Source of the DNA: an uncultured Thermococci archaeon
Lineage (GTDB): Archaea; CAYQAE01; CAYVLA01
Direction: 5' to 3'
Assembly: GCA_964549615.1 (NCBI GenBank)
Contig: CAZJVP010000072.1
Span: 38,803 to 102,802 of the forward strand
Length of the DNA stretch: 64,000 nucleotides
Shown here: piece after piece, positions 29,014 through 38,411 of the stretch
Numbering within the stretch: position 1 is the first letter of the stretch
Layout of the letters: each line of letters begins with the position of its first letter
Notes under the pieces: model-generated
Databases searched by the model: none
What the model saw: only the letters and a program-made list of their open reading frames with translations
What the model was told of the DNA's origin: nothing
Made by a program: the position numbers and the translations under genes

Positions 29014-30278
29014 TTGCGGTGGATACCCTAAGGGCAGATGCACTATCATGTTACGGGAACCCGAAACCTACCAGCCCCAACATCGACCGCCTGGCTCGGC
29101 GTGGCTTTCTGTTCGAGAACTTCTACTCGGTCGGCAACTGCACCCACCCGGGGTTCACGTCCCTCCTCTCGGGGATGTATCCGGAATCAACCGGCGTTGT
29201 CAGCCACTGGACCAGGGTGTCCCCGCCCGATGAGCTGCCCATGATGGCACAGCACTTCGCTAGCGCGGGCTTCAACACGGCGGCCGTCGACAATCTCTAC
29301 GATGGGTGGAGGCCTAGGCACCCGTTCTATCCATGGTTCAGGAGGGGCTTCTCCACATACGGCTATCCCCCGGGGCAGGGACATTACAGGCCCGGCGCCG
29401 ACGTATCGAAGATGGCCTGCCGATGGCTTTCCTCAAGGCCCTCCCAACCTTTCTTCCTCTTCGTTCACTACTGGGACACCCACGCACCGTACAACAAGGC
29501 GCCCAGCCGGTTCTACCGCTTCTACGACGGCGATGACCCGTGCGATCCCCGCCTCGACTATATGCCGCCCGAGGTCAGGGAAAGACAGAGGCGGGTCTTC
29601 GGCAAGCCGATAACCGATCCGGCATACGTGGTGGCCTCGTACCACGCCGAGACAGCATACGTCGACGAGTGCATAGGCGCTCTCCTCTTAAGACTGGAGA
29701 AACTCCGCCTCATCGACGAGACGATAGTCGTCCTGACTTCGGATCACGGTGACATCATGGCAATGCCGAGGGCCGCCCTGGGCCGGCTGTGGTGCTTTTG
29801 CCACATAGGGCTGAACGAGGACTGCCTGAGAATACCGTTGATCCTAGCAGGCCCAGGGATCGCGGAGGCGGCAAGGTCAAGACAGGCGTTCCAGCTGGTG
29901 GACATTCTGCCAACGCTGCTCGACCTCGCCGGGATAGCGAAACGAATCGATCTCGATGGACGGAGCTTCTCGGCTGGGCTTTGCGGAGGCAGAATGGAGG
30001 GCAGGAGCGAGCTCTACTTCAGCGAGAATACGTACCAGAAGCAAAGGGCTGTGCTAGCGTGGCCGTGGAAGTACATGAGGATGGAGGCACACTACAATTC
30101 CATGGCGCCAATGTGTCTGTACAACCTTGAAAGCGACCCGGTGGAGACGGTGAACCTGTCGGACGCGGAGCCCGAGGTCGTCGAGCGGATGGACGGGCTC
30201 CTACGGGATCACGTTTCTCGGACGACGCGCGGCTCGCCGGACCCGTTGGTGGTCCAGGACGTGACATCGACCATCTAG
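28995..30278 (+). CDS. Sulfatase / alkaline-phosphatase superfamily protein
   Basis: NIVLIAVDTLRAD, SPNID, HYWDTHAPY, TSDHG, YNLESDP.E. Confidence 0.85.
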   Translation: MVNIVLIAVDTLRADALSCYGNPKPTSPNIDRLARRGFLFENFYSVGNCTHPGFTSLLSGMYPESTGVVSHWTRVSPPDELPMMAQHFASAGFNTAAVDNLYDGWRPRHPFYPWFRRGFSTYGYPPGQGHYRPGADVSKMACRWLSSRPSQPFFLFVHYWDTHAPYNKAPSRFYRFYDGDDPCDPRLDYMPPEVRERQRRVFGKPITDPAYVVASYHAETAYVDECIGALLLRLEKLRLIDETIVVLTSDHGDIMAMPRAALGRLWCFCHIGLNEDCLRIPLILAGPGIAEAARSRQAFQLVDILPTLLDLAGIAKRIDLDGRSFSAGLCGGRMEGRSELYFSENTYQKQRAVLAWPWKYMRMEAHYNSMAPMCLYNLESDPVETVNLSDAEPEVVERMDGLLRDHVSRTTRGSPDPLVVQDVTSTI

Positions 30279-30350
30279 GTCCTCGGCTCCAAGCCGCTGC
30301 TGAGCCCCCACTGAGATGGACGTTAGGATGCACTTTTCAGGAATCCCGGG

Positions 30351-30806
30351 ATGCTGCCACCGGTGCGATCCTTCGCGCTGAAGGCCATCCTGTTAACCTC
30401 GATACTCGGTCTCTGCCTCTACTCCGATCGCGAGTATGGCAGGATGCATTCCTCCATTCCCGAGATAAAAGAGGAACCAGAAAGGTTTGAGAACGTGTCC
30501 TTCAGGTCAGAGGGCACGGCTCGCAACGTCAGCGTGTCCGCGGCAACGACCTTCACGCTCGTCGTCATGGGGGACAGGATCCAAGCCTTCTACGACAGGC
30601 CGTTCAAGCTCAGGGAAGGCGACCACGTCATCGTATACGGAGTGCTTCACATGACGGAGGGCTACCTTCGTGTGACCCGGCTTCACGTCTACAAGAACAT
30701 CCCAAGGCTGTATGCGCTTTCCGTCGCGGGACTTTTCGTCGTTATTTGGCTCTTCTTCAGGGATTGGCGACTGCAGCGCTTGGAATGGAGGAGGAGACAT
30801 GCCTGA
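30351..30806 (+). CDS. Membrane protein with a single OB-fold-like domain
   Basis: N- and C-terminal TM segments flanking G-x-x...EGDHVIVYG; overlaps the next gene. Confidence 0.6.
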   Translation: MLPPVRSFALKAILLTSILGLCLYSDREYGRMHSSIPEIKEEPERFENVSFRSEGTARNVSVSAATTFTLVVMGDRIQAFYDRPFKLREGDHVIVYGVLHMTEGYLRVTRLHVYKNIPRLYALSVAGLFVVIWLFFRDWRLQRLEWRRRHA

Positions 30807-31302
30807 CTGGCTAACGTACGTCCTCTCAGCCTGGGTCGCATGCGAGGCCGCAGCCCTGTTGGGGATCCGCGGAGCTAGGCGGTATGTCGGTGTGGCGGCT
30901 GTGGGCAGTGTCCTTCCTGACCTCATCAAGATATCATACGTCCTGAAGACATACGCCGACGTCGACCTGATCCCGCTGGCCTTGCCCCTAGGGACGCCCG
31001 CCGGTGCCATCTTGGTGGCAGGGCTCTTTTCGTCTTTCTTCGAAAGATCTGAGTCAAGATCGGTGTTTGCCTACACAGCCTTGGGCGTGGCCATACACAT
31101 CGGCTGGGATTACACGCTCCATCCCTACGGCGGCGGGCAGCCCCTCCTGTTCCCCTTGAGTTTCGAACAATATGCGCTCGGTTGGATCTGGTCGGACAGC
31201 ATCCTTCCGCTGATCATCGTCGGCGTTTTGGCCTTGATCCTCTTCTTCATCAGGCTAACCAATCCGGCTGCCGATATGCGTCGTACGCGCCGGGGACTCT
31301 AG
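30799..31302 (+). CDS. Membrane-bound metal-dependent hydrolase (YdjM-like)
   Basis: MPDWLT, GSVLPDL, HIGWD, LLFPLS; strong ggaggag SD. Confidence 0.7.
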   Translation: MPDWLTYVLSAWVACEAAALLGIRGARRYVGVAAVGSVLPDLIKISYVLKTYADVDLIPLALPLGTPAGAILVAGLFSSFFERSESRSVFAYTALGVAIHIGWDYTLHPYGGGQPLLFPLSFEQYALGWIWSDSILPLIIVGVLALILFFIRLTNPAADMRRTRRGL

Positions 31303-31326
31303 ACCGCCCGCCCAGAGGCAGGACCC

Positions 31327-31707
31327 TCAGTCAGGTTCGGTCGTCGGTTTGGAGATGGCAGGATGGACAACCTCCCAGTCGAAATCGATCGGCAGGGTCT
31401 TCTCAATGACGACCGTGACGATCCTTTCCTCTCCCGAGTCCAAGTGAAAAGTCTCCTGCTTCGTCGCCAGCGTATTTCCTTCATCATCCAGCATCTTGAC
31501 GACCAATGTAACGTTGCCGGGGTCGCCCGAGTTCTTTGCCGAGATGTTCACGGTCATCCTGACGTTGCGGTCCTGGTCCAGCGTCTCGGCATCCAGCTTG
31601 AACCGTATCAGCCCCAGTTCGACCTCCATTGCCTTTGGCTTGCTGGATATGCACCCCAAGATCAAAGCCACGACGAGCAACGGTCCGATGACCAAAGTCT
31701 TCCTCAT
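31327..31707 (-). CDS. Small lipoprotein with Ig-like (FxLYD-like) domain
   Basis: Basic N-terminus, hydrophobic stretch and ILGC lipobox; beta-rich KNSG...DDEGN.L pattern. Confidence 0.65.
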   Translation of the reverse strand: MRKTLVIGPLLVVALILGCISSKPKAMEVELGLIRFKLDAETLDQDRNVRMTVNISAKNSGDPGNVTLVVKMLDDEGNTLATKQETFHLDSGEERIVTVVIEKTLPIDFDWEVVHPAISKPTTEPD

Positions 31708-31889
31708 GCCGGCCCTTAGCTGCAAAGAGCTTCCTTATGTGTTTCCTTCCCACATGCTGCACGTTTTGAGTTCGGAGGAGCTTTGCCGGACCCGCGTTGA
31801 CTGGCCAGTGTATGGCGCACCAAGGTCCGGGACTGGAACATATTTAGAAGGAGCCGGCACGACGAATGCCAAGAGCGGCTTCGGGCGGC

Positions 31890-32159
31890 ATGTCCTTGAG
31901 AGTGATACTCTATGGCATCCTAAGGTCGATCGCGGGAACGAAGGAGCTTCGCCTGGATTCGTCGACCGTTTCCGAGGCGGAAGAGGAGCTGTCCCGTCGC
32001 TTCGGACCGAGAATGCGCGAGTATCTGTACGACCAGGATGCGGTCGAGTCGCTCACGGTCGTCCTCAATGGCAGGGTTCTGTCCAAGGACGAGGCACGAG
32101 CCGCCAGGTTGCAGGGCGAGGACGTACTCGAGCTCCTTTCGCCCATCGGCGGAGGATGA
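31890..32159 (+). CDS. moaD: MoaD/ThiS/SAMP ubiquitin-like sulfur carrier
   Basis: Beta-grasp pattern (VVLNG, LQGED) ending PIGGG; directly upstream of the AOR gene. Confidence 0.85.
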   Translation: MSLRVILYGILRSIAGTKELRLDSSTVSEAEEELSRRFGPRMREYLYDQDAVESLTVVLNGRVLSKDEARAARLQGEDVLELLSPIGGG

Positions 32160-32165
32160 GATGCC

Positions 32166-33968
32166 ATGACCATAAGCGGCGAACTCTTGAGGTATGACCT
32201 TCGGAAGGAGACCTACGAGTTCATCAACTGGATGGAGGAAGACCGGCAGAGAGATAGAGTCAGCCTGAGAAGGATGATCGGGGGAATAGGCTTTGCCTTC
32301 GACGAGTTCCTGTCAGCGAAGCCGTGCAGGGATCCCTCTGCGAAGTTCGTGATCAACACCGGCTTCCTCACCGGCCTTCCGAGACACGGCGTGCCGAACG
32401 GATGCACCAGGACCTACGTGACCTTCCACTCCCCGGTCAAGGAAAAGAACGGGAGTTACGGCATAGCCTACGCGGCAGCAGGGGGCCTCTGCGGGCCGCA
32501 CATCAAGTCCTGCGGCGTCGACGCCGTCATCCTCGTGGGCAAGGCCAACAGGCCCGTTGGGGTGATGCTTGACGCATCGTCCGATGAAAGGGAGGTCTGC
32601 CTGATAGACATGGACCCGTGGGTCACGACGAAGGAAACCGTGGACATGTGCTTCAAGCTCGGATACAGGGGCAGCGTCGTCGTGGGGCCGGCCGGCTTCA
32701 GGGGCGTGAGATTCGCGAGCGCCCACGTGAGCTACATGCCCCACGACCACGTCAGGGCTGCCGCCCGAGGTGGGCCTGGCCTTGCCCTGGCGGGAATGAA
32801 CGTGAAAGCCGTTGGGTTCAACGGAGGAAAGGACAGGACGCCCTCCCCCAGGAACTGGACCCCCGAAGTGGAGAAGTGGATGAGAAGCATCAACCTCGAA
32901 CTCGCATCGGGATCCGGCACCGAGAAATACAAGCAGCACGGGACATGGGGAGGGAACTGGTCCTATCTCGTGCCGCTTAAGGCGCTGCCCGCAGAGAACT
33001 TCGGCAACCTTGACCCGAAGGACGCCTACAAGCTGGATCCCGAATACCTGAAGTCCCAGGGCTGGTCCGTTTCGCAGAAAGGGTGCGCCTGCCCGATAAT
33101 GTGCTGGAAGATACCCAAGGATCCCTCCGGCAGAAGCCTGTGGAAGATCGATTACGAGAACATAGACCTGCTCGGCCCCAACTGCGGCATATACGACATC
33201 TACACGGTGTCTCAAGCCATAGAGATGTGCGACATGCAGGGGATCGACGCAATGTCCACGGGCGGCGTGATCGCCTGGTTCTTCGAGCATAACAAGCGGC
33301 TAGGCAAGGGGCCCACCTTCGGCGACGGGCAAGCTCTCCTGGATCTGATCCAGAAGATTGCCGAGAAAAGGGATGAGGGAGGAATACTGGCGGAGGGGGT
33401 GAAGAAGGCGAGCGAGATCATGGGCGACGCGGACATCGCGATGCATGTCAAGGGACTCGAGGGCGCTGCATATCCGTTCTGGAGCAACCTCGGCTACGCC
33501 TTTGCGTTGAGAGGCGCCTGCCACACCTCGCTCGGCACCTACACCATAGGCCTGGCCAACCCGAGTGGAGTCTCAAACCCCCGATGGTGGTCGGATGAGA
33601 TCGTCAAGGCGATACCTCCGAGCATGATCTGCCAGATGAGCGGTGCATGCTACTTCACCCGCAAGGTCATCATCCCCGAGCTTCCAAGGTTGGTGAAGAA
33701 CCTGATCGGGGTCGAGGCGACCCGGGAGGAGATCGAACGGAGCGCCATGCAGACCTACGTGATCGCGAGAATGATTGACTGCAAGAACGGGTTCTCCTCC
33801 GCCGACGATTCCCTACCGGAAAGGGCGTTCAGAAATACCACCACGAAGGAGCTCTTGGCCGAAACCAAACTGCTCTTCTACGAGAAGATGGGATTTGACC
33901 GGAACGGAACCGTGACGGAGGAAACCCTGCAAAAGCACGGACTCGAAAATCTATCGGCATACATTTGA
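32166..33968 (+). CDS. Aldehyde:ferredoxin oxidoreductase (tungsten AOR/WOR family)
   Basis: SPVK, AAARGG, CPIMC, DYE, CDxxGID, VKGLE, RGACH, DDSLPER. Confidence 0.85.
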   Translation: MTISGELLRYDLRKETYEFINWMEEDRQRDRVSLRRMIGGIGFAFDEFLSAKPCRDPSAKFVINTGFLTGLPRHGVPNGCTRTYVTFHSPVKEKNGSYGIAYAAAGGLCGPHIKSCGVDAVILVGKANRPVGVMLDASSDEREVCLIDMDPWVTTKETVDMCFKLGYRGSVVVGPAGFRGVRFASAHVSYMPHDHVRAAARGGPGLALAGMNVKAVGFNGGKDRTPSPRNWTPEVEKWMRSINLELASGSGTEKYKQHGTWGGNWSYLVPLKALPAENFGNLDPKDAYKLDPEYLKSQGWSVSQKGCACPIMCWKIPKDPSGRSLWKIDYENIDLLGPNCGIYDIYTVSQAIEMCDMQGIDAMSTGGVIAWFFEHNKRLGKGPTFGDGQALLDLIQKIAEKRDEGGILAEGVKKASEIMGDADIAMHVKGLEGAAYPFWSNLGYAFALRGACHTSLGTYTIGLANPSGVSNPRWWSDEIVKAIPPSMICQMSGACYFTRKVIIPELPRLVKNLIGVEATREEIERSAMQTYVIARMIDCKNGFSSADDSLPERAFRNTTTKELLAETKLLFYEKMGFDRNGTVTEETLQKHGLENLSAYI

Positions 33969-34137
33969 GCTGGAACGCGCAGCAAGCCCAGGGACGATCA
34001 CGCCTGTGGTTCGGCGAAAAGCGCGACCGGCATATGGGCGCCATCCTCGCCGAACGATCTGCCTGGGGGCATATTATCCACTTTTTCACCGGAGGCGCGA
34101 TCATCTTGATCGATATTTTCGGGCCCGGAAAGCTCGT

Positions 34138-35526
34138 ATGGGCCGCCCCGGCCTCATCAGGACCAGCATCGCATGTGCCGTTCTAGGCCTCGTCCTGATG
34201 TACGCCTTCTCTTGCATGGTCGAGCCTAAAGGAATCAGCATAAACCTTCTCGACCGATACATGGGCCGGATCGTGCGGGTGACGGGAACGATAGTTGATC
34301 TGCGGACGCACGAGGCAGGCCATATGTTCGTCAAGATCAAGGATGAGTCAGGCGTGTGTGAGATCCCCCTCTTCAGGGATCTCGCTGCGAAGGTGCCCAG
34401 GCTGACGCTCGGCGATGCGCTGCAGGTCGTAGGGACCGTCGAAGAATACCTGGATTCCCTGCAAGTGGTGCCACGGAGCGAGAAGGACGTCAAGCTCGCG
34501 ATTACGCCGCCCGTTCCCGTCGCGGAGGCGGTGAAGATGATCGGCGACACGATCAAGCTGGAGGGCATTGCCTTCGCCGTCAAGGATTCGGACAAGGGAC
34601 AGGGCTTCTACCTCACCGACGGCAATGCACAGGTCTACGTCTCGACGAAGGTGCGGCGACTGGTCTCAAGCGGATGTAAGGTGACGCTCTCAGGGATCAT
34701 GAAGACGGGCGCGCAAGGCCCGTATCTTGCGGCATCAGAGATCCTGAGCCTTGTCGAAGACGGCGCCGAGAGAGTCGCGATCCGCGATCTTTCCTCAAAG
34801 ATCGGGGTGATGCTGATTCGAGGCAGCCTCAAAGCGACGGAGTCGGGTTGGGAGATCGACGACGGCACGGACAGGCTGGCCGTGAAGCTTGCCTTCCCGG
34901 ACGTGATGGCCGAGGGCGACATAGTCGATGCCATCGTGGTGAAAAACGGTGATGGGATGAACGTGTTGGAGGTAGAACTGAACAAAGCGAACATACTGCC
35001 CCTGGAAAGGCTGGGCAACGATCTCATCGGAAAGAACGTGAGGATCAAGGGGACGGTCGTGAACAAGTTCGTCTCCGGCAACAACGCATTCCTCACGCTC
35101 CACAATGCAACCGATGTCGAGGTTCCGATCTTCGGCGTTGGACCGGAGCTAAATGTGCAGCTCGGCGACGTACTGACCGTGTCAGGGAGGGTGGGCGTCT
35201 ACAGAGAGAAGCTTCAGGTAGTGCCCCGAGACCTTTCGGACGTGAGCGTTGAACCGGGACGGATCTTGGACAAGGAGCTGGACCAGCTTTCCATGGATGA
35301 TCTTTACTCGCTCGTCAGGGTGAGGGGAAGGATCTCCTCAATCAAGCGATATTCGAAGTCCTGCTCGGTCTGGATCAAGGGCCAAAGCAAGAAGGTCAGG
35401 GTCTATCTCACTTTCGACCCGGGCGCCAACGCGACGGTTGGCACGGAGGTCGAGGTCATCGGGCTTGTCAAGTCCTACGAGGATGAAATCGAGATCGTTC
35501 CGAGGGGCGAGGAGGACTTCGGCTAG
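34138..35526 (+). CDS. Membrane-anchored multi-OB-fold protein
   Basis: N-terminal TM followed by about five OB-fold-like units (GRIVRVTGTIV...DESG...GDALQVVGTVEEY...LQVVPR; similar units end LQVVPR and IEIVPR). Confidence 0.7.
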   Translation: MGRPGLIRTSIACAVLGLVLMYAFSCMVEPKGISINLLDRYMGRIVRVTGTIVDLRTHEAGHMFVKIKDESGVCEIPLFRDLAAKVPRLTLGDALQVVGTVEEYLDSLQVVPRSEKDVKLAITPPVPVAEAVKMIGDTIKLEGIAFAVKDSDKGQGFYLTDGNAQVYVSTKVRRLVSSGCKVTLSGIMKTGAQGPYLAASEILSLVEDGAERVAIRDLSSKIGVMLIRGSLKATESGWEIDDGTDRLAVKLAFPDVMAEGDIVDAIVVKNGDGMNVLEVELNKANILPLERLGNDLIGKNVRIKGTVVNKFVSGNNAFLTLHNATDVEVPIFGVGPELNVQLGDVLTVSGRVGVYREKLQVVPRDLSDVSVEPGRILDKELDQLSMDDLYSLVRVRGRISSIKRYSKSCSVWIKGQSKKVRVYLTFDPGANATVGTEVEVIGLVKSYEDEIEIVPRGEEDFG

Positions 35527-35547
35527 ATCGGGCTGCCGAGCTCTTCA

Positions 35548-36441
35548 TCAAAGCAGCGAACACAGATAATCCACGGCCGCCTCGGCTATGCTGCGATCCG
35601 TCACCTCTTGCAGTCCCTGCCAGCCTGGGAAGGCGTTGACTTCCAGCACGTAGTAGTCTCCCTCTACGGAGGGCAGAATGTCCACCCCAACGATCTCGCC
35701 GCCAACGGCCTCGGCGGCCTGCAATGCGATCTCATCCACATCGTCTTGGGAAGGGAGGGGCTGCGCCCCGGCAGATATGTTGGTCCTCCAGCCTTGGGGA
35801 TTGAACCTCCTCATCTTCGAAACGACCTCGCCACCTATCACGAGCGCCCTGATGTCGTACTGTGGATGTTCGATGAACCTCTGAACGTAGATGACGTCCT
35901 TACCGTACTTAGCCTGGAACCATGAGACGTAGTCAACGATGTCCCCCTCCCTCATCTCCTCTGGGATCATTATGATTCCCCTGCCTTGCAGCCCCGTTAT
36001 CGGCTTCAGAACGCAGGGCCTGTTGGACCTGATGAAATCAACGGCAAGATGAACGCTCTCGGTGATCAGAGTCGTGGGCATCCTCACTCCTCTTGAGACC
36101 ATCCTCAGCGTCATGCTCACCTTGTTTCTGCAGGTCTCTATCGTCTCGATCGAGTTCACGATCCTCGTGCCCCGTGAGCGGAGCTGCCTTAGGAACTCGA
36201 GTTTGTAGAGCGCCTCGGGCAACTGGTCGAAGCCCAATGAGATCACGTATATCAGGTCGTAGAAGAGCTCATCCCCAGCCATCCTGAGCGAGTCGTACGA
36301 GCATTCAACCGTCCCGTCCCGAACCTCTGTTGCAAAAAGCCATGGAAAGATTGCCTGGTGCGGGATGCGCCTGCCGGACAGTATCGGCTCCAGTTGACGG
36401 AGCCTCCAGCTCTCAGGGTTGACTCCCAGTAGACCGATCAA
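35548..36441 (-). CDS. RimK/MptN/CofF-family ATP-grasp alpha-L-glutamate ligase
   Basis: VLKP..G.QGRG, YVQRFI, DIRALV, WRTNISAGA, GVDI, LEVNAFPGW. TTG start after aggggc. Confidence 0.85.
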   Translation of the reverse strand: MIGLLGVNPESWRLRQLEPILSGRRIPHQAIFPWLFATEVRDGTVECSYDSLRMAGDELFYDLIYVISLGFDQLPEALYKLEFLRQLRSRGTRIVNSIETIETCRNKVSMTLRMVSRGVRMPTTLITESVHLAVDFIRSNRPCVLKPITGLQGRGIIMIPEEMREGDIVDYVSWFQAKYGKDVIYVQRFIEHPQYDIRALVIGGEVVSKMRRFNPQGWRTNISAGAQPLPSQDDVDEIALQAAEAVGGEIVGVDILPSVEGDYYVLEVNAFPGWQGLQEVTDRSIAEAAVDYLCSLL

Positions 36442-36499
36442 GGTGAAGCCCCTATCCAACCCCGAAGCGAGCGAACGATTTAACACTTAGCCAACGGAC

Positions 36500-38254
36500 C
36501 TATTTCGCGCCCCCCACCATCGTGAGCTCCGATAGATGCTCCAAGAAGAGGTTGTACCGCAGATAGTCATTGAGCTTCACGAAATCCTCATCGTGGACCC
36601 TCGTGCCAAGCATTATGTGGGAGAGCTCGTGGGCGACCGGGTCCACAAGGAAGAGCGGCACAAGCTGCCTCGGTGCATCGAAGACCTTCTCGACGAACTC
36701 GTTGTTCGTGTTGAGGTAAATCTCGGACGAAGATGAGAACGAGGGCTCGGCCTTGTTGCTGTATTCGACGAAGGATATCTTGATCCCCCTAGCCGTTATC
36801 GTGTTGCTCGCAAGCCTAGTCCCCCGCGCCGCCGCCCTGCCGGGTTGCCGCGGAGCCCCGCTGCCGCCAAGCCCCTTCTCGGGTCGCCCTGAGGCCTCGA
36901 CGACGCTCGCCGCGACCGAGTCGGCATCGAGCTTTGGCATCTTTATCACGACCCCCGTGGATTCGTAGATACGGGATGGATCGATGAGCTTGAATGCTTG
37001 GCGCACAAGCCTCCCGGCCGAGCTCAGCAGAACCCTGCTCCTCTCCGACGTTACGGACGATTCCGCCCTTCCGCCGACATCCACATCGAGGATGGATTTC
37101 GCATCGGGATGAACCATCTTGATCAGGTGCGGCAGGTACTCGTCGGCCGCGAGGACGACGGTGTACCCGTTGAGAACGGCCATCTCCGCCCTGTCGTCAT
37201 GAGCGTTGGTGAAGATGATGTCACCCTTCAGGTCGCCTATGCGCTTCTCCCCGATTCCTATGATCTCCACCGGTATCTTGGACGCTATCGCCGCGACGCG
37301 GTTCGTCCGGGCGAAGTGCTTGAAGGTCTCAACGTAGGACCTGAGAACCTGATCATCCTCGCTCAGGGCGACCATCTGCTTTCTCAGGCACGACCGCAAG
37401 CCCTTGACGAACGCATCGTAGTCCTCGTTCTCGATTATGTTGTTGCGGTCGCTCGTCTCTTTCAAGAAATTGGCGTTGACGAACCCGCCCACCCCTCCGA
37501 AGACGCGGTCCACGACCTTGACGTAGTTGACGCAGATGCTCAGGCGCTCGACCTTTCCAGTCACCACGCCTACGCCTTTAACCTCCCTGTTGTCCTTGAG
37601 GGAGAACGAAATGTCAAAGCTCTTTCCCTCGGGGAGCTGCTCGCGCAGCGATAGCCCATTTACCCTGACGTCGAAGTCCTCAAAGAATATCGTCAGCAGG
37701 CCGCCGGTGTCGCAAAGGTAGCTGTAAACCTCCCTTGGGCGAATCTTCCTGTGAAGCTCGGTGATCGTCCACTTGGTTCCGTTATGATCCCACAGAGGGG
37801 CAACCTGGTGCACCTTCACCGACCTGGATCCCCGGATCATCTCGATGAAATGGGCATCCTGGTTCGACTGGGTGTAGATCACGGCCTTGTTGCCGAGCTG
37901 CGCCCATGAGAGGCGCCCGATGCCCTTGCCGCCGATCATGGGGCGACCGCCACTCGTCTGCTTCTTCTCCTCCTTCACATCGGAACCGATGACCAAGAAC
38001 TCCTCTATCAGCTTCCGATCCATCCCGGTCCCGTCATCCTCTATCGTTATGACGTCGGACCCCATGTTCACCTCCACCTTCTTGGCGTCGGCATCGAACG
38101 GGTTCTGGATGATGAGCTCGCGGAAGGCCTCAAGATACGATGTGTAGAGCCTTTCGCTAAGCTCCTCGAAAATCCGGTCCTGGTCGACCCTGAGCTCTAA
38201 GCTAGTGCCCTCGACAGGCCGCTTCTTCAATAGGGGAGCCTCCCAAGCGAGCAT
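36500..38254 (-). CDS. GHKL (Hsp90/MORC-like) ATPase with C-terminal HExxH metallopeptidase-like motif
   Basis: ELIIQNPFDADA, EDDGTGM, IGGKGIG, GT motifs; C-terminal VAHELSH-x7-HDEDF. Confidence 0.75.
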   Translation of the reverse strand: MLAWEAPLLKKRPVEGTSLELRVDQDRIFEELSERLYTSYLEAFRELIIQNPFDADAKKVEVNMGSDVITIEDDGTGMDRKLIEEFLVIGSDVKEEKKQTSGGRPMIGGKGIGRLSWAQLGNKAVIYTQSNQDAHFIEMIRGSRSVKVHQVAPLWDHNGTKWTITELHRKIRPREVYSYLCDTGGLLTIFFEDFDVRVNGLSLREQLPEGKSFDISFSLKDNREVKGVGVVTGKVERLSICVNYVKVVDRVFGGVGGFVNANFLKETSDRNNIIENEDYDAFVKGLRSCLRKQMVALSEDDQVLRSYVETFKHFARTNRVAAIASKIPVEIIGIGEKRIGDLKGDIIFTNAHDDRAEMAVLNGYTVVLAADEYLPHLIKMVHPDAKSILDVDVGGRAESSVTSERSRVLLSSAGRLVRQAFKLIDPSRIYESTGVVIKMPKLDADSVAASVVEASGRPEKGLGGSGAPRQPGRAAARGTRLASNTITARGIKISFVEYSNKAEPSFSSSSEIYLNTNNEFVEKVFDAPRQLVPLFLVDPVAHELSHIMLGTRVHDEDFVKLNDYLRYNLFLEHLSELTMVGGAK

Positions 38255-38411
38255 CTCCTCCCCAGCGCGGTTCTCTTAAATGGTACGTGCCCCCGTTCCG
38301 GGCCTCGGGTCCGTCCCGCAATCACCGCCGGTTCGGATGGTGGGCGCATCCGAGATCGGGCAAACCGAGTATGTGAGGAGCCGGGTAGTTGATGTCGGGC
38401 CCCTCCTTCGA

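Noticed and set aside
32313-33290. Long antisense or alternate-frame ORFs (this one, 46194-46994, 41166-41930, 23609-24427 and others)
   Set aside because: They are shadows of well-supported genes, as expected at high GC, and show no recognisable motifs.
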